Shown here: piece by piece, positions 1 through 13,599 of the stretch
How positions within the stretch are numbered: position 1 is the first letter of the stretch
How the letters are laid out: each line of letters starts with the position of its first letter
Assembly: GCA_964016885.1 (NCBI GenBank)
Contig: OZ024741.1
Span: 205,406,001 to 205,470,000, forward strand
Length of the DNA: 64,000 nucleotides
Source: Eledone cirrhosa
Taxonomy: Eukaryota
Direction: 5' to 3'
Made by a program: the position numbers and the translations under genes
Notes under the pieces: model-generated
The model's input: only the letters and a program-made list of their open reading frames with translations
Told to the model about the DNA's origin: nothing
The model's database searches: none

Positions 1-95
1 ATCTATGGTGATATTGTCGGGTCCGGGCACTTTTCCTTTCTTTGATTGTTCGACTGCAAGCTTAATTTCCCGGTCTTTGATTTTTGAAAAGCCTT
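1..95 (-). pseudogene. LINE reverse-transcriptase fragment running off the window start
   Basis: Minus strand translates FSKIKDREIKLAVEQSKKGKVPGPDNITID, the K-x-PGPD-x-I motif at the start of non-LTR RT domains. Confidence 0.7.
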
Positions 96-289
96 CAAAC
101 TGTTGGTGAACTTCAGCCTCCCGGTCTCCAAGCTCTGCTTCCACCCGGAGAAAGACTATCCTTATTTAAAAAAGATTCAAGCACAGTCATCGCTTGATAT
201 GAGACATTTTTTGTGATGCATGGAATGCTGGCCATAGGCAAGTCCCTAGCAGTCACATCCATGATGCTCATGCTTAAGTATCAAGTGAT

Positions 290-1555
290 GGCATTACTCG
301 AAATCGAGTTGTAGCCATCATGTTTGTATGTATGTATGTATGTATGTATGTATGTATGTATGTATGTATGTATGTCAGGTCACCAGTTGGTGCTACTGGT
401 AACATGTATCCCAGTACAACCTGTCTCATGGTCGGGTCGTTGGCGACTAAACTGGCAACCCCACCAAGGTTTCTTGGTGAGGAGGGTGACTTTAGACATC
501 CTGCAGGACTAAAAACAAAACCTGTCAAAGGGCAAAGGAGCTCTTAAGAGTCAATGGCCATCCAAAATCACCGGGAGAGATGACCCCTTAGCCTTTGTCA
601 AGGCAGAATTCTAGGAGAAGGAAAACTCTGATATAACACCTGCAACCCTGATGGTATCCAATGATGTTGACTTGTTCTTCTTTTTGGTAAATATCATCTT
701 GGTTAAGAGAGTGGGACTGGCTTTGTGCAGTGCTTTTGCTCACTATAAAAGCTTCAGGACACAGGCATTGCTTTATATCTGGAGATCTCTCAGCACTTGT
801 CGTCACATGGTGCCATGGGCCCGGCACTGTGTGTCAGTAATTGTCACAAGTGTAGTGTTTGTACTGGAGTTTTCGGGTCGCTGGCTGGACTAAAAAGTCA
901 CACTCGTTCAGCGCATCGGCAGGGGTTCTCCTACATGGATATAAAGTAGTGGCCGTACTCGAAAACGAGTTGGCAGCCACCATGTATGTATGTATGTATG
1001 TATGTATGTATGTATGTATGTATGTCGGGTCACTCTTGAGTGCTACTAGTAACATGTAACCCAGTACAACCTGTCGCATGGTCGGGTCGTCGGCGACTAA
1101 ACCGGCAACCCCACCAAGTTTACTTGATTAGGAGGGTGATTTTGGACATCCTGCAGGACAAAAAACAAAACCTGACAAAGGGCGGAAGAACTCATAAGAG
1201 TCAACGGCCATCCAAAAGTGTGTAAATATGTATATACACATGTACATATGTATGTATATGTATATGTGTATATACATGAATATATACATGTACATGTGTA
1301 TGTATATACGCGGAGACATAGAAAGAGTCGGGCTGGACACCTGATCGCGCGGTTAAACCACTGGGAGTGAAGGACCCCTAGCCTTTCTCAGGGCATTCTT
1401 CTAGGAGAAAGCAACTCATGAAACTGGGATAACTCCGATATAAAACCTGCAGCTCAGTAGTTAACGATGATGTTGATCTTTTCTTCTTTTCGGGTTATAG
1501 CTACTGTCGCTCAGAGAGTGGGATTGGCTCAGTGCACAGTCTTTCCTCACTTTAA
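290..1555. repeat. Two diverged direct copies (~290-760 and ~950-1555) of a (TATG)n-associated dispersed repeat
   Basis: Both have (TATG)n followed by ...tgctact(g/a)gtaacatgta(t/a)cccagtacaacctgtc...ggtcgggtcg(t)(t/c)ggcgactaaac...gacatcctgcaggac...ttctaggagaa...ctgatataa-like blocks. Confidence 0.8.
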
Positions 1556-1665
1556 AAAATATCTTCACGCACAGGCATTGCACGATAAAATTAATTGATA
1601 ATTATTAATAATGTTATATCGTGCAATGGCCATACTCGATAACGATAACGATAACACACACACAC

Positions 1666-1706
<41 letters not shown>

Positions 1707-1974
1707 ACGAGTGTAGTGCCTATAGTCTTTGAAGTCCTTCCCAACCTGGTGAGATCGATGTCATTGGTATATCCCCCCCCCCCCCCCCCCCCAATTCCCA
1801 TCAAACTTCTGTAGATGGATTCCTAAAAGAAAACACGATAAATTCGTTATTTAGTCCCAGGTCAGCCTTGATCAAGTAGATTTTTGATCAAAGAATTCCA
1901 GCCATGACAAAGATAATTCAACATAGTTGTTCTCAAATAACATTACATCAATATTAAATTGGAAATAGGGCAGC

Positions 1975-2187
1975 GGATTGGCAGTATCGGTAGAGAATCG
2001 GACAACATGCTTTGAGGTATAGAGTTATGGATCTTTATGTTCTAGTTCAAATTCCACCGAGGTTAGCTTTGCCTTTCATCCTTACAGGGGTCGATAAAAT
2101 AAAGCACCAGTAATACACTAGGGTCTATTTAATCGACTTTCCCCTCCCCTTCAAATTGCTGGCCTTGTGCCCAAAGTAGAAACAATA
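1975..2187 (+). mobile_element. tRNA-derived cephalopod-type SINE (family A)
   Basis: Head ttggcagtatcggtaga, B-box-like gttcaaattccaccgagg, body tttgcctttcatccttacaggggtcgataaaataaagcaccagt, tail gctggccttgtgcccaaagtagaaacaat; many copies in the window. Confidence 0.85.
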
Positions 2188-2567
2188 TCAAAATTGAAAT
2201 CTACTTATTGAGGAAATCTGCTGTTGATGGTTTTATCAGGAACAAGAACAATAACTGTTAAAGGAAGGTATAATCAATTATCTAAAGGAGCTGAATCTAA
2301 CATCATAAGAATGTAAGGAATATAAACAAAAAAAAAAATTCACCTAAGGGAGAGCCAACGATAGAGCCTCTATGTGATCACTAGACTTGCAAGAAAGAGC
2401 AGCCAAATTTCTCTGAAATGCTAACTAAAATAAGCCTAGACACATTGGGTAACATAGTTCTAGATACCCCATAAAAAAGATTGGATGGCTGGAACAACTC
2501 TGATCAGGGTTGACCTGAGGTTAAGCAACAAGAACAACAGCAATCCCCAAAATGGCCCACCAGATAT

Positions 2568-3460
2568 CATCATCATCATCACCATTTTACATCAATGTCC
2601 ACGCGCTAGCATGGGTTAGACGGGTTGTACTGTTGTGGGCAATGCCAAGTCAGGTGACCGTGTCTTGCTCATACAGGACTGATTTTGGTTCGGTTTCTAC
2701 AGCTGGATGCCCTTCCTAACACCAACCTCATTTACAGTGAGTACTGGGTGCTTTTCTACCATGGCGCCTACACAACCACTTTACAGTGTGGACTGGGTGC
2801 TTTTTGTCGTGACACCCCCACGACCACTTTAGGGGCGTGGGGCATATTGTCTATATGCTTCAGCTTCAGCTTGTACCCGTGAGAACTCGGGTCTTCTGTA
2901 TTACTACGTAATGCCAGAGGTCACGGTCCTGTGTCATCGCCTTTCAGGTGCAATTGGGCAAGGCCAGTTTTTATCACCTCATCCCAGGTCTCCTTGGGTC
3001 TCCCCACTCCAAGGCTTCCATCGACTTTCAGTGCTCTGTACCTTTTTATGCAACTGTCATCCTTCATACACATCACATGTCCATACCAACGCAATCTCCT
3101 CTTCTGCACACAATATTTGATTCCTCTTATGCTTAGTCTCTCTCTTAATTCATTTATGCTTTGCCGTTTGCATATATTACTATTACACATCCATCGGAGC
3201 ATGCAAGCTTCATTTCTTTCTAATCTACGCAAGTCTTCTACAGATAGCGCCCAGGTCTCACTACCATATCACATTGCTGTTCCTATGCATGCATCATACA
3301 GTCTGCCTTTTATTCTGAGGGAAAAGCCTTTTGTAGCTAGCAATGGTAGTAGCTTCCTGAACTTCTTCCATCCTGCTCTCACTCTGGCTACTGTACTTTC
3401 AGAACACCCACCTCTGCTGCTGACTTGGTCATCCAGGTAGCAGAAGCTGTCTCCTGCTTC
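2568..3460 (-). mobile_element. 5'-truncated RTE/RTEX LINE (3' end of ORF, 3' UTR, (GAT)n tail)
   Basis: [16 protein letters not shown]...RRLRWYGHV...VGRPKETW matches the C-terminus of the 56506-59420 ORF; (CAT)n at 2568. Confidence 0.9.
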
Positions 3461-3607
3461 TGTGATATAAGTGTGTTTGTTTTACTATATAAGTTATCTA
3501 AAACTATATAAGTTATCTAAAACTTTTCATCATAATTTTATGTAAGAACCTTTGTTAAGTTATGTTCCCAACAATATCTTATTTGGGAGTCCTACAATAC
3601 TGGGAAT

Positions 3608-3790
3608 TATCAACTATTTTTTCCAGCCTCTGGTGTTTGAGATGTTTAGTGGAGCTGGGCCGCTGACAGCGAAGTTCTTATCGTTAGCGGCTTGCCTTAC
3701 CGAGGTGTCAGATGATGCCCGTGAGGGTGCCTGGTTGTTTCAGTGCCTTTGCTTTACCATCACCCGCAGTAATGCTGCCTCAAATATTTC
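3608..3790 (+). pseudogene. CRE-like non-LTR element, restriction-like endonuclease C-terminal fragment
   Basis: NYFFQPLVFEMFSGAGPLTAKFL...REGAWLFQCLCFTITRSNAA, homologous to 5494-5763 and 20064-20460. Confidence 0.8.
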
Positions 3791-5493
3791 CTATGACCCT
3801 TGTGGTGTGTGACCAATTGATGCACTTAGTGTTGAATAAATGTTTTTTTTTTTGGGGGGGGGGGGGTCCTTTTTTCTTTTCTCGCTTTGATTATATATTT
3901 TGGTGTATTATATTTATAAGGTTCCTAACAATAATTAAATGATTACATATATGTGTTTCTATTAATCTTATACATTTGTTATAATAAACGTTTCAATAAT
4001 CTAATATTTTTCATTACGATTAAAAATATAACATTGAAAATATAATCAGTTCCGTTATATTAACAAACAATTTAGGTGCAAATATCGTGTATAACCCCTA
4101 AAACTCAAGCATAGGGCCTACTGCTGAGAAATGTCTGAAAACAGATGAAACATGAAAGAAACACTTCAAATAAATATAAAATTAGCCACATAATTTTGTC
4201 CATGAAAACACATCGAATTTTTAATTAATAAATCTCACAGCCTTTTAATCTGGGCAGAAAACTGGGCGCAGGTTTTGGACAGATGCTGAAGAAATCTAAA
4301 AGGGCGCTACGCTCACTAGTCGTATTGAATGGAGAACCCTGCATGACTATTTGGTTGGATGTAGAAGGGCTGTTGTACCTTCAGCTCCACTTTTTGCGCG
4401 CCACTGACGTAGGTCGATTTGATAAGTTGTGTTGTAGAAAAAGTGTTATGGAAAATGTATCTACATATGTTTGTGTTTTACAAAATATCAAATGGAGAAC
4501 TTGAGTTGTAGAAAATGTGTATAGATTTGTAATCGTGTTTTACTCGGATAAATGGATGATTTGTGTTGAAGAAAGTGCACATACATATTTTCATGTTCGT
4601 TAAGTAAAATATGTATGGTTAGCAGTAAAAAAGGAAACGTAGTTAACATGTGTTTTTAAACTAACGAAAATCAACAATCGGCAAATGACACCATGAAGCC
4701 GATTCTTTTCTACTTTAAATCATGAGTTGAGAGACAGTGAAGTAAAACAGCCTGGGTACAATTATTGCCAATTGAAAACGAGGCAAGAAACCAGTTTGAC
4801 AAATACCTGCTCTCTCATGTCAACGCCTTCAGCATTACATTCTTAATTATCTTAGATCTAGTTAGTGTTAAAATACTTTAATTGTCACCAAACTTCTCCT
4901 TATTCTGTGAATAAACAAACCTTATTAAGTAAGAAAAAAAAGGGGGGGGGGATAAAAAGAAAGAAAGAAGTAAAAGAATGGGAAAGGGAGGGGATGGCAA
5001 GAGCTCTGGTGTCGCAAAGCAATATACGTGATAAAAAGGTGAAACTAAAATGTTACCTATTGATTGAGGTTAATACAAGATTATCAAAAATATTAAATTC
5101 ATATAGACTCAATTTTGATTCTCAGTTGCGCCCACTCCACGTCAATAATACTAATGGGAAAGGCATGAACATTAAAACAGCCAATAAACCGCTTCTCTAT
5201 GCTTTTTTAATCTTGTACATTTTTTTTATAGTGAATGGTAAATTTATTTATAATTCTTACAGAATTAAAATATACACACAAAACAATTAAAAACATTTAA
5301 AATTTTATTCACAGTTGTATAAAAAGAAATATAATAATACAATGCCTACAGAACGAAAGCACAAACAAATTACACGTGTATGTCAAAACTGTGTATAATG
5401 ACACAAAAATGATAAAAGAAAGAAAAAGAAAAAAAGAGGAGGGGGCAATTCACCACCAATTGCGACAACCGGCAACATCTCACAACTTGGGAG

Positions 5494-6330
5494 TTAATTG
5501 TATACTTTCAGGCAAGCCAACACGTTCGCTGCATTACCACGGGTGATGGCGAGGCTAAGGCGCTGAAATAACCAGACACCCTCACGGGCATCACCTGAAA
5601 CCTCAGTAAGGCGAGCTGCCAGTGAAGACAAGAACTTCGCTGTCAGCGGCCCAACTCCACCGAACATCTCGAACGCCACAGGCTGGAAAAAATAATTGTT
5701 TGATAAGTCCTGGTATTTCTGAATGTTATTCTGTTCGGCAGCGGAAGCAGTGACCCCCAGCATTCATCGCAGCGTCCATGATGTGAGAGGGGCAAAAGAG
5801 TCACTGACTGTGACGTCTCAGATGAGACACCTACCTCTCACCCAAGGTCAAAGGGTAAGACCGTCTGGTCTCTTCCCACCACTTCTGGATAAACCAGTTG
5901 GTCCCAGAACTGTGGGGATAATAACCCGAGCCAGGGCCTATTTGATGATCAGGGTTAGCTCGGTGTGACGGGCAAACCGACCAGCATTCAGGCAGCAGGA
6001 CAAACCATGTAAACCTGTGGAGTCGAGGGATTTACCACAGTGACATCTCAGACCACCAACAGACGTCGGCTCCCACACGAAGTGCAATGGAAATATGGAG
6101 TTCGTCCTGACTGAGAAGGCCGCCAATATTGGCCACAGGCAGGGCATCAATCCAGTCCCCCGAGAACTTTGTTAGCAGAAAGTAAGCGGCATCTAGAAAA
6201 TTGATCGGAAAGATCAAAGAGAGAGTTGAAAGTTTCCCTCGAGCGCAGATTGTCCCATACTCTCTGCTTCCGTCTATCCTCATCAGTAACTGGGACTGAC
6301 AAACCCAGCTCTCTTCACTAAACCGTGTCA
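5494..6330 (-). pseudogene. CRE-like non-LTR retrotransposon 3' fragment (zinc knuckle + RLE), frameshifted
   Basis: SGDWIDALPVANIG...IALRVG, CHCG...GLHGLSC, GGKRPDGLTL, FQPVAFEMFG...LFQRLSLAITRGNAA. Confidence 0.85.
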
Positions 6331-6357
6331 ATTTAGTTGTAGTGATTTGTTTAGCTG

Positions 6358-6535
6358 TGAATTGGCAGTATCGGTAGATACGCCATGCTTTGAAGCATAG
6401 AGTTTCGGCCTTGCCATTCTGAGTTCAAATCCCGCCGAGGTTAACTTTGCCTTTCATCCTTACGGGGTCGATAAAATAAAGTACCAGTAATGTACTGGGT
6501 AATTACTGGCCTTGTGCCAATAGTAGAAACAATTA
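6358..6535 (+). mobile_element. SINE family A (internally deleted variant)
   Basis: gagttcaaatcccgccgaggttaactttgcctttcatccttacggggtcgataaaataaagtaccagt...ggccttgtgccaatagtagaaacaatt. Confidence 0.85.
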
Positions 6536-8329
6536 TCAAATATCAACCAAGATATAACAAAAACTTCGATATGCGATAAACATAACATGTACATAAATTG
6601 TAGAGCATATACAAAAAGATGTGTGTTTTGGTAGTTTGGGGAGAAAAATATAATTATAAGACGGGGGGTGGGGTGCATGGCTCCCCCCCCCCTAGTTACA
6701 ACACCGCCCCTACAAAATACTTTCAAATGATATTTTGAATTAAAACAACAGCAACAACGTAAAAGAAACATCAAAGTTTTACTTACCATTGTCGACACAC
6801 TAAATTCTGTTATATTCTCATATCTTAAAGTATAAATTATTTTTACAATCGATTTTTTCTAGTTTAAAGTCAATCAAATTCTCTGTGAGGCCTTGAAATA
6901 ATGTTGTAATCAGGAATTTCCAGTGATACAACAGAATTGTAATATAGTTTCAAAAGTGTCATGAAGAGAAGTATATATATATTAATAAATGTTCTGTGTC
7001 ATTGGAAATTGAGTAGCTACAGTGCAGTTCAAATATCTTAACCACAATGACAAACTTCAGGAAGCTGGAGATTTTCAACGGCGGAAAAATGGGGAATGTT
7101 TATGACGCTGAGAACGTTTTGGAAAGAGGGAGTGGCAATTTGAAATTAAAAATTACAAGGAGGATAGAAACAGACCAAATAAAACAAACTTTAAAGTGGA
7201 AGGAAATATGTTGTGGGTTTTTTTTTTGTATTTTCCAGATAACGAATGAAATTAAAAGCAATTAAAACAAGGTTGCAGCGGACTTAGAAATCACTGGCGA
7301 AAGATTGATATATTCAGCACATTTATATCATGAACAGAAAAAACAACATCAGCAACTGCAAGACCAACAACTTCAACAGCAATAGCAATACTATTAACTA
7401 CAACAAGAACAGTACTCGCCGTTTTTACAATACGTGGAAAAATACCACCCACTTATCTTTCGTTTCATGCTTATATGAAATAGCATATATTTATTTATGA
7501 CTTGATATCGCCTTAATCATTCGTTAGCTATATTTTACCTTGAATCAAATTTTATTTTGTGATGAGAATTTTATTGTAACATTAGCTTTGAATTTCAAAG
7601 TGCCTAACCCACATTTATATTTATATACACAAAAAACATAAAATAAAGCAAAAAAACATTTATTTAAATGCTCTGTCCATGACATACGTCACGACAGCCA
7701 TATTTGCGTGCGTGTGCGCAAGTATACGTGTGTATTTGTGTGTGTATGTGTGTGTCTGTGTGTTGAGTGAATTAAAACTGATATTTGAGATAGTTGTTGA
7801 GCTATCACATGATGACCTACTGTCGAGTCATGACTAACGTCTCTGAATTTATGAATACCTTAATTAACTTATCCGTAATATTTTAAGGTTGAAAATATTA
7901 TGGCCGCCCAGTCGCCCCCTTCCATGGAAATTGAGATAACAATCTGATCATATAAATTGGAATGTTTGCACACACACACAAACATAAACGCGCATACACT
8001 CACAGACAAAGACGCAGTTAGTCTTATCGTTGGTGAACAGTTCTTAGCGTATCTGGGTCAGAGTAGTGTCCCAACAAAAGATCTTATTTTTCCAGTGGTA
8101 CAATATATTTTTGAGAGCGTGTCTTCACAGTGCAACACCACAAGGACGTTAACTCTGTACCTTGGCCAACTACATAGCACAATAAGGACGTGAACTCTGT
8201 ATGCAATTTGAAATAGTTTCAACTGGAAATTGAAACCATGTCGAGATTCGAACTTTCTTCTTTTTTTTCTTTTTTCTTTCAAATTTGGTATTTATTCTAC
8301 CGATCTGTGTTTGTCTTCTCTTCTCCCAC

Positions 8330-11160
8330 TTAATTTTGGTGGAGTCGTGGCGGTAAGGTCCTCAAACACTCTTTCTAGCGAGTCCTCTCAGAAGCAACCA
8401 TCTCCAATTAAGACCAGCCGAGTCCATGAATGTTGTTCAACCATCTTGTTCGGGGTTTACCCCTCTGTTTCCTGCCAGTTGGTTTTGCCCAACAAATAAG
8501 TCCATCTGTTGCCGACACATTCTAAGAACATGTCCATAGTATCGGAGAAATAGCAGCTCTACCTGGAGCGATTCCTTGATCTCCAAGTTACGCAGTCAAT
8601 CAAATAAAGTTACTCCAAAGACCCTTTGGTAGAACCCCATTTCGACCGCTTATATTCGCGATCGTAATCTTTCAGTCATTACCCATTCATGGGTTGGCAC
8701 AAATACTGAACTGAAGGTAACGTGTCTGGTTTTTGCACGTACCTCCCTTTTTCTGATTACAGAAGGCTGAAAATGGTGCATTACTGCAATTCTTGCACAA
8801 TTCAACCTCCTGCCTTCCATCACTCGTGAACATTCCCCCCGAGATACTTGTACTCCTTCAGTGGATCTCCACTCACCTGTAGAGTACACTGTGCGAGATT
8901 CCTTGACAGGATCTTCATTCCTGCCGTGCTTCACTTGGCATCAAACATATCTGACGAGTTAAGCAAATTCCAGTCAACTGATTTCCCACCCGTCAGTCAT
9001 GATACCACTTCCAACTCAGCTGTACATGTCAATCTTGTTCAGGTAAATAATTGTTTCTACTTTTGGCACAAGGCCAGCAATTACTCAGTACATTACTGGT
9101 ACTTTATTTTATCGACCCCGTAAGGATGAAAGGCAAAGTTAACCTCGGCGGGATTTGAACTCAGATCATAAAGGGACGTGACTCTATGCTTCAAAGCATG
9201 GCGTCCGACTCTCTACCGATACTGCCAATCCACCGCAGGAGAGGTGACAGTACGCACCTTTTATAGAATGTGGAATCCGACTCCCATATTGAATGGTTTC
9301 GATTTAGCACCATTATCTGAACACAAATACTTGGGCATTCGTATAGAGACATCAGGGTAGTAAGAAGCTGACCATCGATCACATACTCCTGCACAACCTT
9401 CCACAGCAGGTCGCGAGGAACACGGCTGTATACCTTTTTAAGGTCTACGAAGCAAGCATGAACCTCTTGGCAATACTCCCATAATTTCTCAATGACTTGC
9501 AGCAGTGTGAATATTTAGTCGGTTTTGTTGAATCCGGGGCGAAAACAACATTCCTGATTGCCATTGCTTAGGTATCTTTCCAGAAATCCAAGCAACCCAG
9601 TACACACGAGTCGGCTAGAGAATATTTCGGACCAAATTTCATCCTCCCTTGCTACACATAGGCTCTTTATTTGTTCTTGTGACCTCGGTCTCCAATAGAT
9701 TAGTCATTGCTCACACATACACCCCGTGTACACCAGAAGATGCTGTTGTGGCTGGGTTTAGGAAATCAGCAAAATATTCTCTCCGCCTTGTGAGGATGCA
9801 CCTCTCTGAAGAGAGGAGAACCCGGACGCGTTCCAGATAATAGGTGTGGAGGAGGACTTCTTATTACGAAGTCGGCAAATGGTCAGCCAGAACACTTTAT
9901 TTGGTGATTTGAAGTCGGATTCCAACTTAACACCAAAGTCCTCCAATGTCTTAATTTTGAATGCCTTTACTATCTCTGTTGTGAATTTTTGCGTCTGCTT
10001 GTACTGCAAGTGCAAGAAGGACTTATTTTCAAGCCAAGCTTTGTAGGTCTCCTTCTTTACTCGGATCTCTTTGATCTCTTTATAGAACCAAGGAGTCCCC
10101 CTCCCACCTGGCACCACTCCAAGCCGCAGCATTTAACAGCTGAAGCAGAACTACCGAATTAAACAGTCTCCACTCCAGTTTCCATAGGAAGTTTTCTGAA
10201 TTTGGATGCAATAGTATCCGCATTCCTGGTCCTGACTTCCTTATCCGCCAAAGCTTCCTACTTTATCCTGTAAGTCGCCCTGGACCTGCCAGTTTTGTGG
10301 GCTTCCTTGACTTTAGGTAGTCTCAAGCTGCAGATAACTAAATGGCGATCAGTTGACAGCTCAGCCCCTCCCTTATCACAAACATCAAGCACAGAATCGA
10401 AGAGATCAGAGACAGTAACAAAATCAATTATTGATCTCTGGCCCTAATTCCCCTTATTCCATGTTTATTTATGGATGTCTCTGTGATGGAAGGTGATCAT
10501 AAAAGAGAGATCATTACAAGAACAGAAGTCTAATAAGACTCACCGTTTCTTTCAATCACTCCTTTCCATATGAGATAGTGAGAGCCACATGTACATTGAC
10601 GTCTCCCATCAGGATAAATGACTCAGTCTCAATCACATCTAACGCATCAACGTGTAATCTATATTCAAGCTCTTTGTTTGGTGCATGAATTTGTCCAGCC
10701 ACAGAGACATATCTTTCAGCCTAAGCTTCAACTGGCATTACTCCCTCCCAATGGGATCCACTCCTTAACACTTTCTGACATCCGGGGGTTTGTGAGTATC
10801 CCCACTCCCGGCTGTGCAGTAATTTCTAGTACCACATCTGAATAGTGGAGTTTGCATCCTTCATCCAAATCTACAATACCAGAGCCACGGACCTTTGTTG
10901 AGAAAACCCCAACTTTATCTAGCAGGTAGCATCTAGCTTTCTCCACTAGTTCCTGCTCCTTACCTGTAAGGGTTGTGATTTTCCAGTTTCCAAGGGTTAC
11001 GGTTTGTTCCCTTTTGAATTCACTTTTGGGTCTCGAGATACACAACCATTGTGCGTCCATCCCACATCTCCCAGGCCATTTGCCAGTTTTTAGAGCAATA
11101 TATTTTTCGAACAGGGCCCCCTACCTAAGGCCTGAACGCATCCCTTGTTAACACACCCAA
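8330..11160 (-). mobile_element. Degenerate RTE-type LINE (APE endonuclease + RT remnants), interrupted by a SINE at ~9046-9230
   Basis: TLGNWKITTLTGKEQELVE...STKVRGSG...GVGIL (APE start), ELSTDRHLV, TPWF..., CFVDLKKVYSRVPRDLLW, FSSVFVPTHEWVMTER, LRYYGHVLRM. Confidence 0.8.
9046..9230 (-). mobile_element. SINE family A (deleted variant)
   Basis: Reverse complement of the 6358-6535 and 15483-15662 copies. Confidence 0.85.
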
Positions 11161-11654
11161 AGGACGATACGGTATGACCGCCTTTTTTTGTCTCTCGCCT
11201 TATTGCAGTGTTTTTTGGTTGTCTTATTTGTGCTAGTATCAGTGAATGGGAAATCCTAATTTGCATAATATTAGAGCTTGGGCAAATCTACATGGTGGCG
11301 CATAACATACGAGCTAATTCAATTAGATATTAAATTGCACCCTAAGCAGTTGAGATACATACATATCTGTACAGACATATATACAGTTATATATACAGAC
11401 ATATATACGTAAACAGGTTGAAAACGATAAACAACCTAACTCGAGTGTTTATTTAAGTCATTTATTTTGCATCTCATAGGTGGTCAAGGACATCGTTGAT
11501 TACAGGTTTCCAGCGAACCAATTATTGATTTAATGAATTTATCGCAATGGGAGGTGGGGAACAAATGAGCATCATTTATTTTTTTTGCAGTTGCTTACAT
11601 TCTCCACCGTTATACATTAGTGAAGGATACATATGCACACACACACACACTCAG

Positions 11655-11820
11655 CGATTCTCTGCACAATTGCTTCTTAACAAATGTTGTTCACAAGGTC
11701 TTAATCAATCTGAGGCTATGATAGAAGACACTTGTCCCAGATGCCGAACAGTGGGATCGAACTCGACAACATGTGGTTGCAAAGCAAACCTCTTAACCAC
11801 ACAGCCATGTTTGCCTCTAC
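11655..11820 (-). mobile_element. SINE family B fragment
   Basis: tRNA-like head (atggctgtgtggttaagaggtttgct...gttcgatcccactg), similar to 15910-16160 and 49683-50010. Confidence 0.7.
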
Positions 11821-12294
11821 CAGAATATTGATTTTTAACATAGGCAGAATATCACAAATTTTGGAAGAGGGAACAACGAATTATATTGACACTCATACTC
11901 AATTTATACGAAACAAGAAGCATGAAAAGTAATGTTGACTTTGATGGGTTTTGAACTAAGAACGTCAAGGGACACGGATAAATACCGCAAAGCATTTTGC
12001 TTGACATTCAACCGTTTCTTCTACTTCACCAGTTTTTTTTTATACTATTCAAGTATTGCAAACTGGCAGCGTGCACAATTTTTGTCTTAGTACTAGTCTT
12101 TTATTATAACTAGAATTTGTTTCCATAGACTGACGCGTATGTGTATAAGTGTGTGCATGTATGTATGTGCATATGCATACATTTATATGTATGAGTATAT
12201 AAATATAAACGCGCAAACACAGACAGATTTACAAAAATACACACTCACACACATACATTCACACAAACACATACATACACTCACACACAGCATA

Positions 12295-13440
12295 GTTTTT
12301 CTATCTGCAATAGACTGACAATGCAGGAGTATTACAGATACCATATAGCATTATTTGTAGTGAATGCCTATGTGAAAGTAGAGAGATGCAGGCTCCAATA
12401 CTTGAGGAACAATCAAGCCCAATTGCAAGTGCATGAGCACAATGGTTTAATGGATTATATAAAGAAAGGAGCAGATGATAACACTGAGCCTGGGGTGACA
12501 GTTATTTTGCCATTGTCCTCCACATCGGCAGCCAAAGAAACATGCATCAATACTTTTAAGATGCTATGACAATTGTTGCCAAATATGGAAAGCCAAATAT
12601 TTTTATAAGTTATACATGCAACCCTAACTATTCGAAATAATTTAAATCAAAATGAAGGAGCAGAAAACAGACCGGATTTAGTTGCCCAGGATTTTAAGGC
12701 TCAGCTTTCTGAAATGATGAAAGATATCAAAGGAAGACATTCTTGGCATGTCAGTGGCTCATAATCACTTAACTGAGTTCCCCCCAAAAAGGACATCCTC
12801 ATTGTCATATGTTAGTCATCTTAAGAAATGAAGACATCTAAGAAACAGAGAAGACATTGACAGAATTGTGTCAGCAGAAATACCTGGATTGGAAGATGAT
12901 TCAATACTACATGAGCACGTTAAAAAGTTTATGATCCAGAGACCATGTGGTTCTGGAAACCATTCTTCCCCATGCATGCAAAATGGATTTTGCCAAAAGA
13001 ACTATCCAACAACCTACAGAGAGAAAACATTATTGAACCTAAATGGATATCCAAAGTACAGGAGGCGCAAAACAGGAACTGCAGTGCAAATTGGACGACA
13101 TTCAGTAGACAACAGAAGCGTTGTGCTGTTTAATGCCTTTTTGCTTAAGAAATATGGTGCACATATTAATGTTGAAGTTTGCTCTTATGTAAAGAGCATC
13201 AAATACATCTTTGAATATGTTTACAAGATGCATGATTGTGCGTCTATAGCAGTAACAAATAATGCATTACCTGATACACAGAACCAACACAACCATGATG
13301 AAGTAAGAAACTATCTTAGTTACAGGTATGTGGAATCTCTCTGAATTTAAACTTCATGGTACATCACATACAGTGTATAGGCTAGCCATACACCTGGAGA
13401 ACAAACAAAGTTTACTTTCAAAGAAGCATTTATTGCACAA
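12295..13440 (+). pseudogene. Helitron Rep domain fragment
   Basis: AYVKVERCRLQYLRNNQAQL, YGKPNIFISYTCNP, RPDLVA, SAEIP, MIQRPCGSGNHSSPCMQNGFCQKNYP, GYPKYRRR, HINVEVC are Helitron Rep motifs; frameshifted. Confidence 0.9.
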
Positions 13441-13599
13441 GCAACAATAAGATTTATATGCATTAGAAATGCACATCATCCTTTTTTTCGTAAATAGCTC
13501 CTCTTAAATTTTTTGTCTGTGGAATTTCCACACGTCCCATTAGTAAGTATTATTGTAAAACGAATACGAATATGGTTAAATTATCATTCTCTACTACAC

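Noticed and set aside
1975-2060. tRNA genes at SINE heads
   Set aside because: A/B-box-like motifs only; no cloverleaf, and they continue into SINE bodies.
4120-4165. ctgagaa...tctg-aaaa-caga..gaaacatg, HHR-like
   Set aside because: Core mismatched, no U16.1 and no stem I.
4865-8282. Short ORFs (4865-5290, 7047-7265) and a gtaagt donor-like site at ~6782 as host exons
   Set aside because: No recognisable domain or paired splice sites; low complexity.
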